The notes beneath the pieces are model-generated. The model was given only the letters and a program-made list of their open reading frames with translations, was not told the DNA's origin and searched no databases. This document shows positions 40,891 to 51,199 of a DNA stretch of 64,000 bases, in pieces. The DNA lies in assembly GCA_963718895.1 (NCBI GenBank), contig CAVRAG010000008.1, positions 64,001-128,000 on the forward strand, written 5' to 3'. The position numbers were made by a program, and so were the translations under genes. This DNA comes from an uncultured Nitrososphaerota archaeon (GTDB taxonomy: Archaea; Thermoproteota; Nitrososphaeria; Nitrososphaerales; Gagatemarchaeaceae). How positions within the stretch are numbered: the stretch's first letter is position 1; the number at the start of each line of letters is the position of its first letter.

Positions 40891-41073
40891 CTACTTGAAG
40901 GTCCTCTGTAGCTTCCGGAGCATCACGCCGACAAGAAGGAAGAGAAGGCCGACCGCGATGAACGTCGCGGCGTTCTCGAGCGCGGTAATCGTGAGGCCTG
41001 AGTAATAGGGCGGAATCACGCCTATCAGGCATATCGCGGCTCCCGCGATGATGAGTCTGGTCGACCACCTCAT
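40891..41073 (-). CDS. small two-TM membrane protein
   Basis: 60-aa ORF with two hydrophobic helices and a basic C-terminus. Confidence 0.55.
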   Translation of the reverse strand: MRWSTRLIIAGAAICLIGVIPPYYSGLTITALENAATFIAVGLLFLLVGVMLRKLQRTFK

Positions 41074-41220
41074 GGTGGCCCCCACCCTCCGCTGGTCCGG
41101 GGGTTAAACCTAGCGCTGAACCAGGGGACCTGGACGAAGATCCCCCCGCATTCCCGGCACTCCTCGGGAGATGAACTCTGGGAATCAAGACTTATTCGGG
41201 GGGGTCCAGAGGGGGACCGC

Positions 41221-42780
41221 GTGACCTCGAAAGGGGTGCCGAGTTACGCTCGGAAGAGCACCGGGCTCATCAAGAACGTGTCCCTGTTCGACGCGATCGC
41301 GCTGAACGTGAGCTACATGTCCACCGGCGCAGCGCTCTCGCTGATCGGCTTCACCCTCGTCCTCCTCCCATCGGTGGCGGGAGTGAACCTCGTCTACGCT
41401 TCGCTGATAGGGTTCCTCATCGCGGTGCCCCAGGTCGTCGTCTACTCTATGATGTCGAAGAGGACATCGAGGACGGGAGGGGACTACGTGTGGATGTCTC
41501 GGTCCCTGGGAGGCCTGACCGGGAGCTCCATCACGTTCATGGGCATCACCATGGAGACGATGCCCTATCTCGCACTCATCGCGCTCTCCGCGGTCTTCGC
41601 CATCGGCTCGGTCGGACTCGCCATGGGCGACTCGGGCTTCCTCGGCCTCGCGCTCCCAGGAAACGTCTCGGGGTCGGATCCGAGCTCCCAGTTTGTGCTC
41701 GCCGCCGCGATCTTCGCTGCCCTCATCGCCCTCAACATCCTTCGGCCGAGGCTGGGCTTCAAGCTCATCTCGGTCCTCATGGTCGTAGGGTTGGTCTCGC
41801 TCGTCGTCTCGGTGGGGACGTTGCTAGCGGCTGGGCAGCCGGGCGTCGCCAGCTACATCAACGGGCTGAAACTCGTCGACGCCAGCAACAACCCGCTAAC
41901 CTACACATCCGTGGCCAACTCGGTGACCGGCACCGGCTTCGACCTAGGCGCCACGATCTCGATCCTCCCCTTCTTCGCGATCTTCGTCTACCCCTGGTTC
42001 AACGCCTCCGCGTCAGTGGGGTCAGAGCTCAAGGGCAAGAGCGCGGCCATCTGGAACGCCCCCATATCGGCGGTCTTGGCGTTCCTCATCGTGACGATAC
42101 CGCTGGCTGCGATGTACTACGTGGGAGGATTCGCCTTCACAAACGGCGCGCTCTCGAACCCAACGCTCGTCTACGACGCCTCGTTCAACTTCTGGACTTT
42201 GGCGATGGGAGTGACCCAGGTCACAGCGCTCAAGCTGCTCATCGGCCTCGGCTGGATACTCTGGGTCATCGCAATCTTGGCGTTCGGCATAATCACGATA
42301 TCGAGATATATGCTCGCGCAGTCGTTCGACAGGTTCCTGCCCTCGAAGCTCGGGTACGTCAGTGAGAGGTTCGGCTCGCCGGTCTACGCCCACCTGCTCG
42401 ACCTCGTGGTGACGGTCGTCCTGATCGGCCTCGCCGCCTTCATCTATGGGACGCTCTCCTCCCTCTACGGTGCCGTCCTCGCATCGATGTTCTACTTCCT
42501 CTTCGTGGGCGTGGCAGCTGCCGTCTTCGGCCTCAGGCGCGAGAAGGGTAGGGCAAGGAGCATCCTGGTCGTCGCGGGGTCGCTGATGGCTGCGGTCTTC
42601 CTCTTCCTGGCGTACGAGTTCCTCTCCGCGCCCCAGGTCTGGGGAGGGAACCCGCTCGCCTACGGGTACATCGCGACGACGCTTGTGGCAGGCGTGGCGA
42701 TCTACCTCGCGTCTAGTAGCTACCACCGCAGGCACGGGATGGACCTCGCGCTCCTCTTCAGAGAGATACCCCCCGAGTGA
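41221..42780 (+). CDS. APC family amino acid permease
   Basis: YARKSTGLIKNVS, RTGGDYVWMSRSL, GSELK, SRYMLAQSFDRFLP, FREIPPE; ~12-14 TM. Confidence 0.9.
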   Translation: MTSKGVPSYARKSTGLIKNVSLFDAIALNVSYMSTGAALSLIGFTLVLLPSVAGVNLVYASLIGFLIAVPQVVVYSMMSKRTSRTGGDYVWMSRSLGGLTGSSITFMGITMETMPYLALIALSAVFAIGSVGLAMGDSGFLGLALPGNVSGSDPSSQFVLAAAIFAALIALNILRPRLGFKLISVLMVVGLVSLVVSVGTLLAAGQPGVASYINGLKLVDASNNPLTYTSVANSVTGTGFDLGATISILPFFAIFVYPWFNASASVGSELKGKSAAIWNAPISAVLAFLIVTIPLAAMYYVGGFAFTNGALSNPTLVYDASFNFWTLAMGVTQVTALKLLIGLGWILWVIAILAFGIITISRYMLAQSFDRFLPSKLGYVSERFGSPVYAHLLDLVVTVVLIGLAAFIYGTLSSLYGAVLASMFYFLFVGVAAAVFGLRREKGRARSILVVAGSLMAAVFLFLAYEFLSAPQVWGGNPLAYGYIATTLVAGVAIYLASSSYHRRHGMDLALLFREIPPE

Positions 42781-42834
42781 CCGGTCCTCGGGCGAGCGCT
42801 ACCCTAAAAAGAAGAGTCCGCCCCGTTTCTGCGC

Positions 42835-44592
42835 TTGAAGTTCTCGACCGTCGTCGATGCCTACGGGAGACTCGAAGCCCTCAGCGGGAGACTCGCCATA
42901 ACCGAGGTCCTCGCTTCGCTCCTCCGCGAGACGCCCAAGTCCGAGCTCCCCATGCTGGTGTACCTCACCCAGGGCAAGCTAAGGCCGGACTACGAAGGGG
43001 TCGAGCTGGGGATAGCGGAGAAGTTCGCCCTGAGGGCGCTCACGACGGCGTCGGGAATCTCTGCGGAGGCTGTGAAGCGAGCCTACGTCGCGGCGGGGGA
43101 CATAGGGACCGCTGCCGAGAGGCTGCTCGAGGAGGGAAGTCAGCACCACCTCTCTGCAGAGCCGCTGACGCTGAAGCGCGTCTACGACGCGCTCTTCGAC
43201 ATCTCCAGGATCTCGGGGAGCGGCTCAATCGAGTCGAAGTTGAGGGAGTTCGTCAGCCTGCTGAGCGACGCCACGCCGAAGGAAGCGAAATACGTGCTGC
43301 GCACGGCGATGGGAGAGCTTAGGTTCGGCGTAGCAGACTATACGATCCTCGACGCGTGCGCCATCGCCATTCTGGGAGGGAAGGAGCACAGGAAAGCGCT
43401 CGAGAGGGCCTACAACGTCACTTCGGACCTGGGGTTCGTCGTCGAGCTCGCCGCCGAAGAAGGCCTGAAAGGCATCGAGGGAGTTCGCGTCCGGGTGGGG
43501 AAGCCGATCAGGCCGATGCTCGCCGAGAGGCTCAGCACGGCACAGGAGATCCTCGATAAGATGGGCGGGGACGTGGTCGCCGAGTACAAGCTCGACGGTG
43601 AGAGGGCCCAGCTCCACAAGGACGGGGCCAAGGTCGAGATATTCTCCAGACGTCTCGAGAAGATCACCGCGACGTACCCCGACGTGGCCGAGTACGCCCA
43701 GAAGTACGTGAAGAGCAGGAAGGCGATCCTTGAGGGCGAGGTCGTCGCGGTCAACACCGAGACGGGGGAGTACTACCCGTTCCAGGAGCTGATGCACAGG
43801 AGGAGGAAGCACGGCGTCCAGGAGGCGATGAAACAGTATCCCGTCGCGGTCAACTTCTTCGACGTGATGTTCTCCGACGGGGAAGACCTCACAGGCCTCG
43901 CCTACACGGAGAGGCGCTCGGTACTGGAGAGGGTCGTCCAGGTCACCGACTACACCCGACCCGTCCCGGCCCTGAGGACGAAGAGCGCCGAGGAGATCGA
44001 GCGCTACATGGAGGAATCGATATCCGAGGGAGGGGAGGGCCTCATGGTCAAGGACCCGAAGGCGAAGTACACCGCCGGTGCGAGGGGATTCGGCTGGATA
44101 AAGCTCAAGCGGGAGTACCGGAGCGAACTCACCGACACCATAGACCTCGCCGTCGTGGGTGCTTACCATGGAAGGGGCAGGAGAGCCGGGGCCTACGGGG
44201 CCTACCTGCTCGCGGCCCACGACCAGAAGAGGAACACCTTTCCAACGATAAGCAAGATTGGCACAGGCTTCTCTGACGAGGACCTCAAGAAATTCCCTGA
44301 ACTCCTGAAACCGTATGAAAGCACAGTGAAACCGCCCAACGTCGAGTCGACGCTGGTCCCGGACGTCTGGTTCCGGCCTAAGGTCGTCATCGAGACCATC
44401 GCCTCCGAGATCACCCTCTCGCCAATCCACCCCGCGGGCATGGACTCCGTGAGGATGGGGAGCGGCCTCGCCCTGAGATTCCCCAAGTTCACGGGAAAGA
44501 TAAGAGACGAGAAGAGCCCCGAGGACGCAACCTCGGTGAAGGAGATCGTGGAGATGTACAACCTGCAGAAGAAGCGCATAAAGGAGAACTGA
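42835..44592 (+). CDS. lig: ATP-dependent DNA ligase
   Basis: EYKLDGERAQ, EGLMVK, WIKLKREY, LRFP. Confidence 0.97.
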   Translation: MKFSTVVDAYGRLEALSGRLAITEVLASLLRETPKSELPMLVYLTQGKLRPDYEGVELGIAEKFALRALTTASGISAEAVKRAYVAAGDIGTAAERLLEEGSQHHLSAEPLTLKRVYDALFDISRISGSGSIESKLREFVSLLSDATPKEAKYVLRTAMGELRFGVADYTILDACAIAILGGKEHRKALERAYNVTSDLGFVVELAAEEGLKGIEGVRVRVGKPIRPMLAERLSTAQEILDKMGGDVVAEYKLDGERAQLHKDGAKVEIFSRRLEKITATYPDVAEYAQKYVKSRKAILEGEVVAVNTETGEYYPFQELMHRRRKHGVQEAMKQYPVAVNFFDVMFSDGEDLTGLAYTERRSVLERVVQVTDYTRPVPALRTKSAEEIERYMEESISEGGEGLMVKDPKAKYTAGARGFGWIKLKREYRSELTDTIDLAVVGAYHGRGRRAGAYGAYLLAAHDQKRNTFPTISKIGTGFSDEDLKKFPELLKPYESTVKPPNVESTLVPDVWFRPKVVIETIASEITLSPIHPAGMDSVRMGSGLALRFPKFTGKIRDEKSPEDATSVKEIVEMYNLQKKRIKEN

Positions 44593-45379
44593 TGCATGTG
44601 TCTTAGGTTCCCTTTTGGTATCTTCCCAGGCGATTGGGCCCAATCACATGAGGGTGTCCACCTTGTGTCTGATGCAAAGGAGCGCGGGCTGAGCGTCTGG
44701 AGGATCGTCAGGCCCGCCGTCAAGCCTCTCCTTCCGGCTTGATACAAGGTCTTCCCGGATCGAGGACCATCAAGCGCGACCGTGGCGCCTTCGGACGAAT
44801 GCGAACGTCATTCGCCCCTGGGAGGCTCAGCGAGGGAATCATATGCAAGAATCTGTTCGATAGGAGTCCTAAGCTGACGCTCTTCGCGGACGGACTGTTC
44901 GCGAGCGGCTTGCAAGGTCGAGGCTGGGCGACGATCGATGTCTGACCAGGCTGCATGGCGTTGTCGAATCCGCGGTGGAGATTGGCCAGCTCCATCTGCC
45001 CTCTAGGCTCTTGATGAAACCGAATCATGCATCCGGCTTTGTAAGGATAGTCACGGACTCGTCAAGCATTCTCCCCGACGAGCTGGAGAGTCTGGCCGCA
45101 AGTGATTGCAGATGAATCACTTCGACTACTTTCAAGAGGGGGCCCACAAGGACATCAGACCGTGAGTGATGTCTGAAGAGCCGCTTGAAGCCGACGGAGA
45201 CCTCCTCAACGACTAGAGGTTCTGTTGTTTTGTGGGCTCGGATGCGACCGTCGCCCTGGCTCTCGAGAGGAGGGCGTGCCCTATGCTCGTCCTCGACATG
45301 CTCTGGAGATGGCGAGCTCAGCAGGCATGAGCCCCCTTACGTGAGGGGAGCTCGACACGGGAGCCCCCTGCGCGAGAGC

Positions 45380-47173
45380 CTAGGACCACGGGTTCTCTGC
45401 AGCGGCGTTGTGACCGGCGATCCGGCCGAAGACTATGTTCTCGCTGTTGTTGCCCCTACCAGGGTACAGGAACCCCCAGACTGAACCGAACTCGCCGGCA
45501 CTGTACAATCGCGGGATGGGGTTGTTGTCCGGATCGCAAACTTGGCTCTGCGCGTTCCGGATCGCTCCGCCCAGGGTATTGGGTCCTCCCGGCCACAGTG
45601 CAATGGCGTAGTATGGAGGCGTCTTCAGTGCCGTCAGTGTGGTCGCGGCCCTTCCGAAGTCAGAGTCGACACCGGCTGCGCAGTAGTTGTTGAATGTGTT
45701 GATCGTGGTGGTGAGGACGTTAGGATCGATGTTGAAGATCATCTTACTGGCCAGAGTGTTGGGAGCCGCGCCTGATGGTACGCTCGTTACGGTGGCTGAG
45801 TTGATCGCGTTCGCCAGATCAGCTGGCGAGGTCGCGCCCTTGATGATCCATCCCTTCGCTATCTCGGCGCTGTTGTCGGCGCTCCAGAGGTATGCCGACC
45901 CTCCAAGTTGCACAGGAATCGAGGTCGCGCTGATGGTCGTGTTCCCAAGTGCGCCGGCCTTTCTGGTGGTCTCATCGAAGATCAGGAAGGTCGGTATTCG
46001 TGCGTACTGGGGCGCTGCGATGTTCACGTTGCCGAGTGCCATGTCCCAGTCGTCTCCTGAGGCGGTCGACTCGTTGTAGAATCTCTTGCCAGCTGTATCG
46101 ACGTAGATCCAGCCGTTGGCCTTGGCGGAGACGGTGAATCCCATGGGACCATGGTCAGGGAACCAAGCATTGAAACTGCCAGCCTGGGTGTTCATATGCC
46201 ACAGACCCGCTCCGACCTTCTGAGCCATCTTGATCCCGTCGCCCGTGTTGTACTGCCAACCATAGAAGTTCGTGGGATAGTCTCGGAGGTAGTTCGCCTT
46301 CATGGTCTCGTCGTATTCGTAGCCTCCGCAGGTCATGACCACGGCCCTGTTTGCCTTGATGTTCAGCATCTCACTGTTGTTGGCCAGGGCCTGGACGCCA
46401 AGTATCTCCCCCGTCTCGGGGTCTTGGATGAGATCCGTCGCCGAGGTGTTGAAGAGGACAGGAATCCCCCTTTTCTGGACGTTCGTGTCGTAGCCAAGGA
46501 AGAGACCAGCTCCGCTCCCTGCGGGCGCAATGTTGGTATAGGAGGCACCACCTGGAAGGTTCAGAAAACCTCCGGTCGCGGTCGGGGTCTTGGTCCAGGT
46601 GTACGGAATCCCCATACTGTCCAGCCAAGCGGCGTTGTCGACGGCAAGGTCTGCCCAGGCTTCGCAAACATCCATCGGAGTCGTCCCCCACGATGCCGCG
46701 TAAAGGAAGTTCGCGCCATCAATGGGGTTCAACGGTGTGCCGATGTTACCGCCACTCATGTGAGTGTTGCCGCCCCCTCCCGAGATCGTAAAGTTGAGGT
46801 TTGCTGGTGTGGACGGTTGCACTCCCAGACTTGCAAGGCTCGGCGTCTTCTCGAGAACGATCACCGAGGCTCCTTCATCGAAGGCCGTGATTGCGGCCAC
46901 CGCACCAGCGCCGCCATACCCGACCACGACCACGTCGGCCGACTTCGACCAGTTCGTGGGCACCGGGACGGGCGCGCCTTTGGCGACCACCCTGACCTTG
47001 GCCGCTCGCTGAAGACCCCGTCCTTGGCCAGCCGCGTCCAGCGGCATGACTGAGACCTTTGGCACCAGCGCTGTTGCTCCCGCGACGACGCCTAGGGCTG
47101 CTGCACCAGCAGCCGCCGTTCCCATGAACTGCCGCCTTGAAAGTTTCGCGTCCTTGATGGACTCTGTAGTCAT
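45380..47173 (-). CDS. Tat-exported FAD-binding oxidoreductase (fumarate reductase/3-ketosteroid dehydrogenase flavoprotein superfamily)
   Basis: SRRQFMG Tat signal; DVVVVGYGGAG, GGNTHMSGG, NTGDGI, GKRFYNE, PPYYA, NTLGG, IPRLYSAGE, FGRIAG. Confidence 0.85.
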   Translation of the reverse strand: MTTESIKDAKLSRRQFMGTAAAGAAALGVVAGATALVPKVSVMPLDAAGQGRGLQRAAKVRVVAKGAPVPVPTNWSKSADVVVVGYGGAGAVAAITAFDEGASVIVLEKTPSLASLGVQPSTPANLNFTISGGGGNTHMSGGNIGTPLNPIDGANFLYAASWGTTPMDVCEAWADLAVDNAAWLDSMGIPYTWTKTPTATGGFLNLPGGASYTNIAPAGSGAGLFLGYDTNVQKRGIPVLFNTSATDLIQDPETGEILGVQALANNSEMLNIKANRAVVMTCGGYEYDETMKANYLRDYPTNFYGWQYNTGDGIKMAQKVGAGLWHMNTQAGSFNAWFPDHGPMGFTVSAKANGWIYVDTAGKRFYNESTASGDDWDMALGNVNIAAPQYARIPTFLIFDETTRKAGALGNTTISATSIPVQLGGSAYLWSADNSAEIAKGWIIKGATSPADLANAINSATVTSVPSGAAPNTLASKMIFNIDPNVLTTTINTFNNYCAAGVDSDFGRAATTLTALKTPPYYAIALWPGGPNTLGGAIRNAQSQVCDPDNNPIPRLYSAGEFGSVWGFLYPGRGNNSENIVFGRIAGHNAAAENPWS

Positions 47174-47468
47174 TGTAATGTCTAAGGCGCCATCGTGGGA
47201 GCGGGTATTTACGCGGGTAGACGATTCTCAATCTTGAGAAGCATAGAGGCTCGCTTGGGACCTTCCGGCCTCACTTTTCCAAGTTCCAAGTCGAGCGGAA
47301 GAAAGTTCACGACATCGCGGGACTTGTCTCTTCGTCCCATCCCCGTCCTGAGGGATGGACTCCTCTCGGTCTCTTCGCTCATTCAACCCCGTCGTCCAGT
47401 AGGGTTCCTGTTCGTCTTCTCAGAGTCAAGAAAAAAACTTAGATAATTCGTGTCGAGACCGAGAGGCC

Positions 47469-47639
47469 ATGAGCCAGGTAAAAGCCCCCGCAAACACGAC
47501 GACACTCTACGTGTGCAGGTTCTGTGGCAAGGTTGGAGTCAGGACGCTCCCCACGTCTAGCGACCTAGGCGGGTGCGTGAAACCGCACGACGCCCACAAC
47601 TTCGAGTCGATCGAGGTCGCCATAAGACCAAAGGCCTGA
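47469..47639 (+). CDS. small putative zinc-binding protein (56 aa, below the ORF-track cutoff)
   Basis: MSQVKAPANTTTLYVCRFCGK...GGCVKPHDAHNF...; AT-rich promoter-like stretch ~25 nt upstream. Confidence 0.55.
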   Translation: MSQVKAPANTTTLYVCRFCGKVGVRTLPTSSDLGGCVKPHDAHNFESIEVAIRPKA

Positions 47640-47754
47640 CGAGCCAGCCGGGGATGGCCGCGTGGATCCCGGAGCGGGTCCCGCAGGTCCGCCCGAACCC
47701 GATGGACCCTGACAATCATCTTAATAACGCATGAACAGGTGCCGGATTTCTGCC

Positions 47755-48480
47755 TTGGAAGGTAGTCCTTCGGACGAGATAATCCTCGCAGAGGAGGAGG
47801 CGGTAATCAGCCGCGGCGTCGGCATGGTCCAGGAGGTGAAGTCGGACCTTGACGTGGGGAAGCAGACGGAGGGGAACTTGGTGCTGACCAACCTGAGGCT
47901 CGTCTACGTCCACGGCGCGGAGAAGGAGGTGGACCTTCCCGTGGGAACGCTCAGCAAGAAGAAGCTCTACGTCTCCGACGTCGAGGAGCTCGATAACATC
48001 CCCTGGGACCCCTCGAACATCACGATAAACCTCTCATCGATAGACCTGGTCAGGGGTCATCACACGCCCGGGCTCGCGCCCAAGCTCGAGGTGCACTGGA
48101 ACGATGGGGTCGCGAAGGCGACGGAGTTCGTCGAGCAGGAGACGGGCTCGTCGAGGCGCAGGAACCTGAACGACTGGGCGAAGGTGATCGAGAGACTGAA
48201 AGAAGGGAAGCAGAGGATCGTCGTGCTGCCCCCGCCTCCCGATCGCGACTCGCTCGAGGGGAAGGTCCTGCTCGACCTGGACGACATGCAGGAGAAGGGC
48301 CTGATGACGATCCAGGGCGAAATCGAGACCAAGTTCGGCGCCGAACTCGAGATGGACCAGGTGGAGGAGGCCTGCGAGGCGCTCGTCGCCCAGGGGTTCG
48401 TCAAGAGGACTACGACGAGTTCGGAGGCGCCCTTCTACGTCAAGGTCTCCCCCCTCGGAGACGACGACCTGAACCAGTGA
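47755..48480 (+). CDS. hypothetical protein with GRAM/PH-like N-terminal domain and winged-helix C-terminal domain
   Basis: EGNLVLTNLRLVYV...ITINLSSI..V; W..VI..L helix; PPPP linker; VEEACEALVAQGFVKR...FY. Confidence 0.6.
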   Translation: MEGSPSDEIILAEEEAVISRGVGMVQEVKSDLDVGKQTEGNLVLTNLRLVYVHGAEKEVDLPVGTLSKKKLYVSDVEELDNIPWDPSNITINLSSIDLVRGHHTPGLAPKLEVHWNDGVAKATEFVEQETGSSRRRNLNDWAKVIERLKEGKQRIVVLPPPPDRDSLEGKVLLDLDDMQEKGLMTIQGEIETKFGAELEMDQVEEACEALVAQGFVKRTTTSSEAPFYVKVSPLGDDDLNQ

Positions 48481-48545
48481 GATTCGCGCTCGAACCACTT
48501 CGAAGCTGCGCGAATATATCCACGCTGGCGCAGCAGAAAGGCCGC

Positions 48546-48893
48546 ATGCCCAGCCTTCACATGGGTGGCCAGGTGTACAGGTTCCAGGCAGAGGTCGTAG
48601 ACAGGGTTGTGGAGCCAGGCCAGCCCGGGAACTACGTCCTCGGCGACAAGGACGAGGCAGGGGAGTTCTATCCAAAATTCATCGGAAGGTCGGAGACGGA
48701 CGTGAAGAGGGAGCTCAGGTCCAGGGTCGGGGTCCTCAACTACCCGTTCTTCAAGGTCGCGACCTCCGGGCCCAACAACGCCTACGACCTGGAGTGCGCG
48801 CAGTACCACTCGTTCAGGGCTCAGCTCGACAACAAGACCCATCCTGCCGGCAGCCCCGCGTCGGGACGGACCTGTTTTCTCTGCGGGCTCTGA
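48546..48893 (+). CDS. hypothetical protein, GIY-YIG-like with C-terminal CxxC
   Basis: PGNYVLG...KFIGRS..DVKREL...AYDLEC...HP...CFLCG. Confidence 0.5.
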   Translation: MPSLHMGGQVYRFQAEVVDRVVEPGQPGNYVLGDKDEAGEFYPKFIGRSETDVKRELRSRVGVLNYPFFKVATSGPNNAYDLECAQYHSFRAQLDNKTHPAGSPASGRTCFLCGL

Positions 48894-48959
48894 GAGTGCA
48901 GGACAGCCCGGTAAGAAGATTAATTACGGGCGGGCGGGCCCGATTTCAGAGCGTTCCGG

Positions 48960-50286
48960 ATGAGAACCATGAGAGCCCTTGCGGTAACACTTCTCTTCGG
49001 CGCGTTCGTCCTTTCCGTAGTCCCAGCCGTGGCCCACTCACAGGCCACAGGCGGCTACTACTACGTGATCTCGCTTGACGCGAACATCGATCCAGGGAGC
49101 CAGAACTTCGTGACCTCATCCATAAGCGACGCCCAGTCGGCGGGAGCCAGCCACATCGTTCTCGTACTCAGCACGTTCGGCGGCGACGGTCAGAGCATGG
49201 ACAACATCATACAGGCGATATCCAGCTACGAGTCGAGCGGAGGGACGTTCATCACCCTGGTCGGGCCCTTCGGGGCACACGCCTACAGCGCCGGCTCCTA
49301 CATAGCCGAGTCCTCTGACAAGGTCTACATGATGAACGGCACCGTCATAGGGTCCGCGACCCCGATCGTGAGCGACATCCCCACGGGCGAGACCAACTCT
49401 ACCATGACCAAGGACATCGACGCGTTCACGGCCCTCATGCAGGCCCTCACGGCCAACTTCGGGAGGAACGGCACCGCGACGGGGCTGATGGTCAGCGGAG
49501 GCGTCTCCTACGGCGCGACGGACGCGCTCGAGGCTCCACGCAATCGACGGCATAGTGAACGCGACCTCCGTCTCCGGGGCGCTCTCGGAGCTCGGGGTCC
49601 CGGTGGACACCCCTGTCCACACGGAAGGGGTCAGCTCCCAGCTGATCAGCATCCTGAGCGACCCCAACCTCTCGACGGTCCTGTTCTTGGCGGGCGTCCT
49701 CGCCATCATGGTCGACCTGTTCCACCCGACGTTCATCCTCTCGGGTGCCGGCGCTGCAGCGATGGTGCTCGCGCTCATCGGTTTCGGCTACTTCGGGGCG
49801 CCTCTCTCGGCGATCCTGCTGATGTTCATAGGGGCCGCCTTCATATTCCTAGAGGTTAAGACCCACCACGGCGTGAGCGCCATAGGGGGAGTCGTCATCT
49901 TCATCATAGGAGTACTGCTGGTGTTCCAGAACACGGCGACGCCGGCCCCGCTGGCATCAGGCATAGTGCCCCCACCGAACGTCGTCAACCCGGACCCGGT
50001 CACGTTCGCCATTCTCGCCACGCTCGGGGTCCTGGTCGTGGTCGGGTCGATCTACCTGTACAAGCTGAGGAGGGACCTGGACAGGAGGAGGACCGGCCTC
50101 TTCGAGATGAAGCGGATGATAGGCAAGGAGGGGGTCATGACGTCAGACCTGAAGGCAGGCGCTCAGGGAACGGCGAACATCGAGTCCGAGGATTGGACGG
50201 TCACAGGCGACAAGGACCTTTCGAAGGGGACCCGTGTAAAGGTTAAAGAGACGGAAGGTTACAAGTTAATCGTAGAAGGCTTGTAG
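48960..50286 (+). CDS. nfeD: NfeD-type membrane-bound serine protease (frameshift near 49530)
   Basis: LSTFGG, AYSAGSYI, IGSATPI; TM bundle; C-terminal OB domain IGKEG...SEDW. Confidence 0.85.
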
Positions 50287-50290
50287 AAAG

Positions 50291-51199
50291 TTGTCGTTGA
50301 TTCCGCCGCTCGCGTCGGTCGACGTTACCACCATCACGTACGCGGTCATCGCGGTCTTTGCGGTCATAGTCGTCCTGGCCCTGATCGCCTCGACGATCAA
50401 GATAGTGCGGGAGTACGAGAGGCTCGTGCTCTTCACCCTGGGTCGGCTCATAGGGGCGAGGGGGCCGGGCATAGTCTTCGTCGTCCCCTTCATCAACAGG
50501 GTCAACAAGGTCGACCTCAGGGAGAGGTTCCTGGAGGTGCCCCACCAGACGTGCATCACCAAGGACAACGCGCCTACCGACATAGACTTCCTGATCTACT
50601 ACAAGGTCCTCGACGCGGCGCAGTCCATCGTGCAGGTGCAGAACTTCACGGGAGCATCGGTGGGCATAGCGACCACGACGCTGAGGGCCGTGGTCGGAGA
50701 CATCCCGCTCGACGAGCTGCTGGCCAAGAGGGAGCAGATCAACAGCATCCTGAGGACGAAGCTCGACGAGGTGACCGAGAGGTGGGGAGTCAAGGTCACG
50801 AACGTCGAGATTAGGGAGATCAAGCCTCCCAAGGACGTCCAGGAGTCGATGGTCAAGCAGATGAGCGCGGAGAGGACGAGGAGGGCGATGGTCCTCGAGG
50901 CGGACGGCAAGAGGGAGTCGACGATCCTCGTCGCCGAGGGAGACAAGAAGTCAGCTATCCTCAAGGCCGAGGGAGACAAGCAGGCGGTCATCCTCAGGGC
51001 GCAGGGCTACGCCGAGTCTCTCAGCCAGATCTTCGCCCAGGCCAAGCTCATAGACGGCAAGACGATGACCCTTCAGTACTTGGACACGCTCAAGACCATC
51101 GGGAACAGCCCCTCGACCAAGTACATCATCCCCGCCGAGTTCACCGAGCTCCTCAAGCCCCTCAGGGCGCTGATGGGCGACGAAGACACGAAGGGCTAG
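50291..51199 (+). CDS. SPFH/stomatin (slipin) family protein
   Basis: VREYERLVLFTLGR, GPG, ITKDN, TTLRAVVG, WGVKVTNVEIREI, QMSAER. Confidence 0.93.
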   Translation: MSLIPPLASVDVTTITYAVIAVFAVIVVLALIASTIKIVREYERLVLFTLGRLIGARGPGIVFVVPFINRVNKVDLRERFLEVPHQTCITKDNAPTDIDFLIYYKVLDAAQSIVQVQNFTGASVGIATTTLRAVVGDIPLDELLAKREQINSILRTKLDEVTERWGVKVTNVEIREIKPPKDVQESMVKQMSAERTRRAMVLEADGKRESTILVAEGDKKSAILKAEGDKQAVILRAQGYAESLSQIFAQAKLIDGKTMTLQYLDTLKTIGNSPSTKYIIPAEFTELLKPLRALMGDEDTKG

